DNA from: Eledone cirrhosa
Taxonomy: Eukaryota
Reading direction: 5' to 3'
Length of the DNA stretch: 64,000 nt
Assembly (NCBI GenBank): GCA_964016885.1
Contig: OZ024741.1
Span: 139,748,001-139,812,000, forward strand
Position 1 is the stretch's first letter, and the number at the start of each line of letters is the position of its first letter. The notes under the pieces were generated by a model that was not told the origin of the DNA, did not search any database, and saw only the letters and a list, made by a program, of their open reading frames with translations. Of the stretch, positions 59,291 through 64,000 are shown in pieces. A program made the translations under genes and the position numbers.

Positions 59291-61051
59291 ATATATAACA
59301 TTAATTTACAGCCCTTAAGCTACAAACACAGGTATTTCTCCCTCTCTCTGTTCAGACTTGTAGAGCGAGGCGCTTTGTCAAGTCTGGGATTGCTGGGACA
59401 TACTCCTACACATTTTCTCAACATTTTAGGGTCCTTGGAATGATGCACCTTTGTTAGCCGTAGTATCAATATTCCTAGTTAATTGCTATGTTACATTGAT
59501 TTGCTATTATATATAGACATTTTCGGGAGGGATTTGGCGGCAAACTCGAAAGAATCTTTTGTGCTAGATTAAATCTTTCAGCATTTTATGCTACAACGCT
59601 ATCTTCCAGGGGAAACACTATGCATTATGTCTCCAGGTACGATGAGAAAAAATTCACATGCGCGTTCCCGCCTCAGAAAACTAAAATTATTTTCCCCTTA
59701 TTGCTGAGACTCTGTTCGACGTCGATAAATATGTATCAGTGAAGTATGGGGTTAGTTCTTCCTCCTTATATCTTCTTCACTTCTTCTCTTTCGCTTTCTC
59801 TCCTTTTCTGGAATGCATTTTGAGGAAAAGGCCTTGGTCAGGTTTAGAATGTGCAACGGCAATTCTACGATAAGTTACGGGGCCACATACACATGTTTCT
59901 TCTTTCATTTTTTATAATTTAAATTATTCACAGACCAAATAAAAGTATGCAGAAATCTAAAGAGAAAATTTAAAAATTTCACCGGAACTGCAGAGAAACA
60001 ACTATTTCAAAATTAAGATGTGCATAAACATAAGAAAATACAAAAATCGAATAATGGATAAGCGAAATAATGCTGAAATTTATAACTAAAAACTGAAAAC
60101 AAATAACTTTTCTTCAGAAAAATATTCCATTATGAAGAACATTTATTTTTTTATTTCTAAATTTATCAACCAAAGTCGCATGAACAAAGGAAAGCTATAT
60201 CACCGGGTAACTACTATTGCATATTTTGTATAATTGATTTAGTTAGTATGAAATATGCCCTAAGAAGATCGTACGGAATATATTATTTTGCTAGAATTCA
60301 GAACACCAGTATCAAACAAGTGAACGTGTTGTAAATATATAGTATATATATATATCATACGCATATGAAGCACACATTCCTGGTTATTTCTAGGCAACCT
60401 CCAATTTCAAATGAGACTTGAAACTGGAATTCGATTAAGATCGAGTAGAGAAAAGTTACTTTAATACAAGGACCAAACTAATACATATAAGAATCCAAAT
60501 ATATAGAAATATATTTGATATCTTCTCTTCATAGAGAATAAGATTGCATATCAATTTAATCAATATATTAATGCTAAAATACAAGAACTGCTCCTCTATA
60601 TATGCACATTTGTTTGGTCTGAAAGGATACTTTGCATCTATGTTATCCATGGGCGTTTTAAATTGATAGCAATTTCAGATTTAGAGAGCTGGCATTTGCT
60701 ATAGGACGGAAGAGATGAGTAGGTTAGTATTGTGTTCTTGCATGCCTAGACTCTTTTAAATATGGTGGAGTATTCCCTTTCCATATGTGAAAACAACCTA
60801 TTTCATCCTAAGAAGAGAAAGGGAAAGCAAAAACAGTATCATGTATTGTATGTTTCAACCCATATATTAGACAGTTTTTTATTTATTTATCAACCACGAA
60901 AAGATGAAAGACAATGTTGAACTATTACTTGTTACTAGAGTGTAGATATCCAGGACGAGTACAAGAAAATATTCCATCAACTTTCACAATTCGCTACAAA
61001 TTAACAAACTTTAGGGAATCTTTCTAACGTATAACACATTTGCCAGTCAAC

Positions 61052-61285
61052 GCACCATAGTCGAATGGTCAAGGTGTTTGTTTCGCAACCATTAAATCCG
61101 AGGTTCAAACCAACTGCGTTATAACTTCGACAAGTATCATTTTCTGTCGGATGGACTATACCTATAATGAACCACTGAATTCCTTGAAAATCACCTTAAT
61201 TGTACACTGTTATTAGCTAAGTATGTTTTACTCTTTTACCTGTTCCAGCGATCCGGCTGAGGTCATGCTGGGCCACCACCCTTGG
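61052..61285 (+). mobile_element. Decayed second tRNA-derived SINE family
   Basis: A-box-like tagtcgaatgg and B-box-like ggttcaaacc, with a downstream tttactcttttacctgttccag...catgctgg segment recalled from octopus SINEs. Confidence 0.5.
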
Positions 61286-62171
61286 TTATATTAATACCAA
61301 ATTAGAAAATCGTAAACAAATATATTACAAATAACAAAAACACTACAGATGTATAAAATCGGAAAATGAAGGTAAGGGTTCTAGTGTCCCATAAAAATAA
61401 GAGGGAGAAGAGGGAGGTGATGGGCGAGGTGGTGTTGGGGCTGATCTCTGTAGAATGCTGAGCCACTTTCACGTTAATTTCATGAACAGGCTATTTTATA
61501 GACCCAACAAATCATAGTCGAAAACATTCATCGTCGAAACCGACTGATGTGTATTCTATATATTTGCCGGTACCAGTGAGATTTGACAAATGTTTCCACC
61601 CACACCTTTGCAAACAGTGCATGAACAAATCTATAAATCAATCTGGTGTAGTACAGTGAAAGTGACAATATATTTCACATCGCATCAATTTATTTTCAAA
61701 TATTCCCATAACCGTAGAGTGCGCCATACATAGTTGATTAGATTTAAATAGTATGTGCTTTCGAAAATATTATTAGTAATATTATATTTACATGTTCTTT
61801 GCATTATTTGAAATATATCTAAATTTGCTCAAAAAGTGAAATTCATATTATTTGCACATAAGCCAAATAATCAGGCATTATCCATCTATTTAAGAAATTT
61901 CTTTGAAATATCCGAATATAACATTTGCATTAAATAATGATATATTATTCGATGTCTCCTGCGTCAGTATGAGGAGACAATATATTCTAGAGATTGTTGC
62001 CGACTATACATCAAAAGAACATAAAGATAATTTGAATGAAGCCCTATTGTTTTTATTGTAGTTGCTGGTGTATAAGTGATTGCTGTTTAGTTTATAATCA
62101 CAGAGTTATGCATATATAGGAAGAAAAATAAACATACGCTCTCTTCTCACTCGCTCTATTTTTCTCTCACC

Positions 62172-62628
<457 letters not shown>

Positions 62629-62779
62629 ATACTTTGGGAGGGTCATGTTGCCAATAAGAAACACACGCACCAGTTGCTTTCACTTCAATTTAATTTAATA
62701 TATATTTATAAATTTACAAATTTATAAATTTCTGGTTGGTTGGTTGGTTCCACAACCAGATAGTTGTTTATATATATAT

Positions 62780-62824
62780 AGTCATAGTTCTTTCGTCACA
62801 CACTCTGTGACCTCTTCAGTGACT
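62780..62824 (-). ncRNA. Minimal hammerhead in the family A pLTR
   Basis: AGTCA-CTGAAGA-G-GTCACA GAGTG TGTGAC-GAA-AGAACT-A-TGACT. Sense to the ORF. Other copies show CTGATGA. Confidence 0.82.
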
Positions 62825-63128
62825 GGGGATTTCTTTCTTCGTTTCTGTGCCTTTCCTTTCTTCTATCCTACGCCATTTTGTTTGTGTGTGGGTTGCGTGC
62901 TCAGTTTGCGCATGCGCCACATCCGGGTGTCTGTGTGTGTTTGTGTTCATTTTTCTATTTTTCTATTTTTATATTTATATTTGTTTGTTTATTTATTTAT
63001 TTATTGTTGGTTGGTTGTTTGTTCTATGTGTGTGTGTGTTTTCATTTTGTCTTGTGTGTGTTTTCATTTTGTGTGTGTTTTCAATTGTAAGTTGTTTATA
63101 TATGTGTGTGTGTGTTTTCATTTTGTCC

Positions 63129-64000
63129 TTAATTGTAAGTTGTGATGTTGCTGTTCCACTCATATTTTCTATTTAATTTTGGTTTTAATTCTTTTATGCT
63201 TACTGCCTCTGTAATTTGCCTAAACATTGCGTCTTTCTTGTGTGTGGATTCTATTTTTATTTCTATGCTCTCTAATTTACCCCTGTGTTCTATCTTAGCA
63301 TGTTGGTAGAGCACAGATGATTCTTTACTATCTTGGAGGTCTCGCCAGTGTTCATTTATTCGTTCCCCTATACTACGAGCTGTCTCACCTATGTACACTA
63401 TATTTTTGTTTCTACATTGTCCCTCAGTACATCTTATGCTATATACTACATTTCTAGTTTTACAGTTAATATGGGGGCTTATTTTACAGGTTATACATTT
63501 CTTATCTATACATGAGGGTCTTTGGAACGGGTATGTCTTGCTAATAAGTGTTTTTACGGAGGTACCAGGTCTTTCTACTATCTTAATATTGAGATTATGT
63601 TTCTTTAGGGCCCTTCTAAATTTGTAGGCTAGTTCACCTCTAGGGGTTGTATTGATGAACATTACACTCTGGTATTTATTGCTATCATACCATGAGTTTA
63701 TTCTATTGGCCTTGTTCTTAGTTCTTTCTATTCTATTCCAAAATTTGCTCCTATACAAGGGGCAGGTCCCATTTATGTCATTATTTACCATTTTTTCCCA
63801 TTTGGTTCTGGCTCCTTTATACACTCTGATTCTATCTCTCTGATTGTAGCCAGAGAACTGCATACGGTGGATGAAGTGTTGTATGTGTCTCTCTAGTTCT
63901 TCGGGGTTGCACATGCGGGACACATTTCTCATCACCCGTATCAAATCCGCAATCAGTATGTTGATTTTGGTATGGTCCGAAATGGCCGTCGAAATGATCA
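63129..64000 (-). CDS. PLE polyprotein C-terminus: RT thumb, Cys-rich linker, GIY-YIG endonuclease (partial)
   Basis: SGY..PLYR..VERPG..C-x4-C-x2-C-x7-C..NVVYSIRC..VYIGETARSIGERINEH..HAKIEH..RQITEAVSI..LNRKYEW; 271+ aa uninterrupted. Confidence 0.92.
   Translation of the reverse strand, partial: IISTAISDHTKINILIADLIRVMRNVSRMCNPEELERHIQHFIHRMQFSGYNQRDRIRVYKGARTKWEKMVNNDINGTCPLYRSKFWNRIERTKNKANRINSWYDSNKYQSVMFINTTPRGELAYKFRRALKKHNLNIKIVERPGTSVKTLISKTYPFQRPSCIDKKCITCKISPHINCKTRNVVYSIRCTEGQCRNKNIVYIGETARSIGERINEHWRDLQDSKESSVLYQHAKIEHRGKLESIEIKIESTHKKDAMFRQITEAVSIKELKPKLNRKYEWNSNITTYN

Larger units (their letters stand above)
62624..64000 (-). mobile_element. Family A Penelope-like element, best-preserved copy, continues past the window end
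   Basis: Terminus cccaaagtataacaa abuts a very long (TA)n. HHR at 62780-62824. Open ORF to the window edge. Confidence 0.92.

Overview
AT-rich, microsatellite-saturated animal genomic DNA, most likely a coleoid cephalopod (octopus). That assignment is inferred from SINE sequence and repeat style and was not verified. The window lies almost entirely within the introns of a + strand Cys-loop receptor gene of the GABA-A-alpha/GRD type; two exons are visible (30349-30416, 44385-44608). The introns hold a decayed DD37D (maT) Tc1/mariner element with intact TIRs, three Helitron-type pieces, two RTE-like LINE 3' ends, many tRNA/Nin-domain SINEs, MITEs and a 64-bp minisatellite. The most striking content is a dense set of Penelope-like (PLE) or PLE-derived elements inserted in (TA)n tracts. 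By eye I find type I hammerhead ribozyme (HHR) motifs in about 14 apparently unrelated repeat families. Most copies form asymmetric foldbacks (a short arm with a fixed end plus a long arm with a tail) or partial tandems placing two HHRs 530-740 nt apart, a retrozyme-like layout. One HHR uses a (UA)n microsatellite as its stem III. All structures and coordinates were read manually, so boundaries may be off by a few to tens of bases. Family letters are my own labels.
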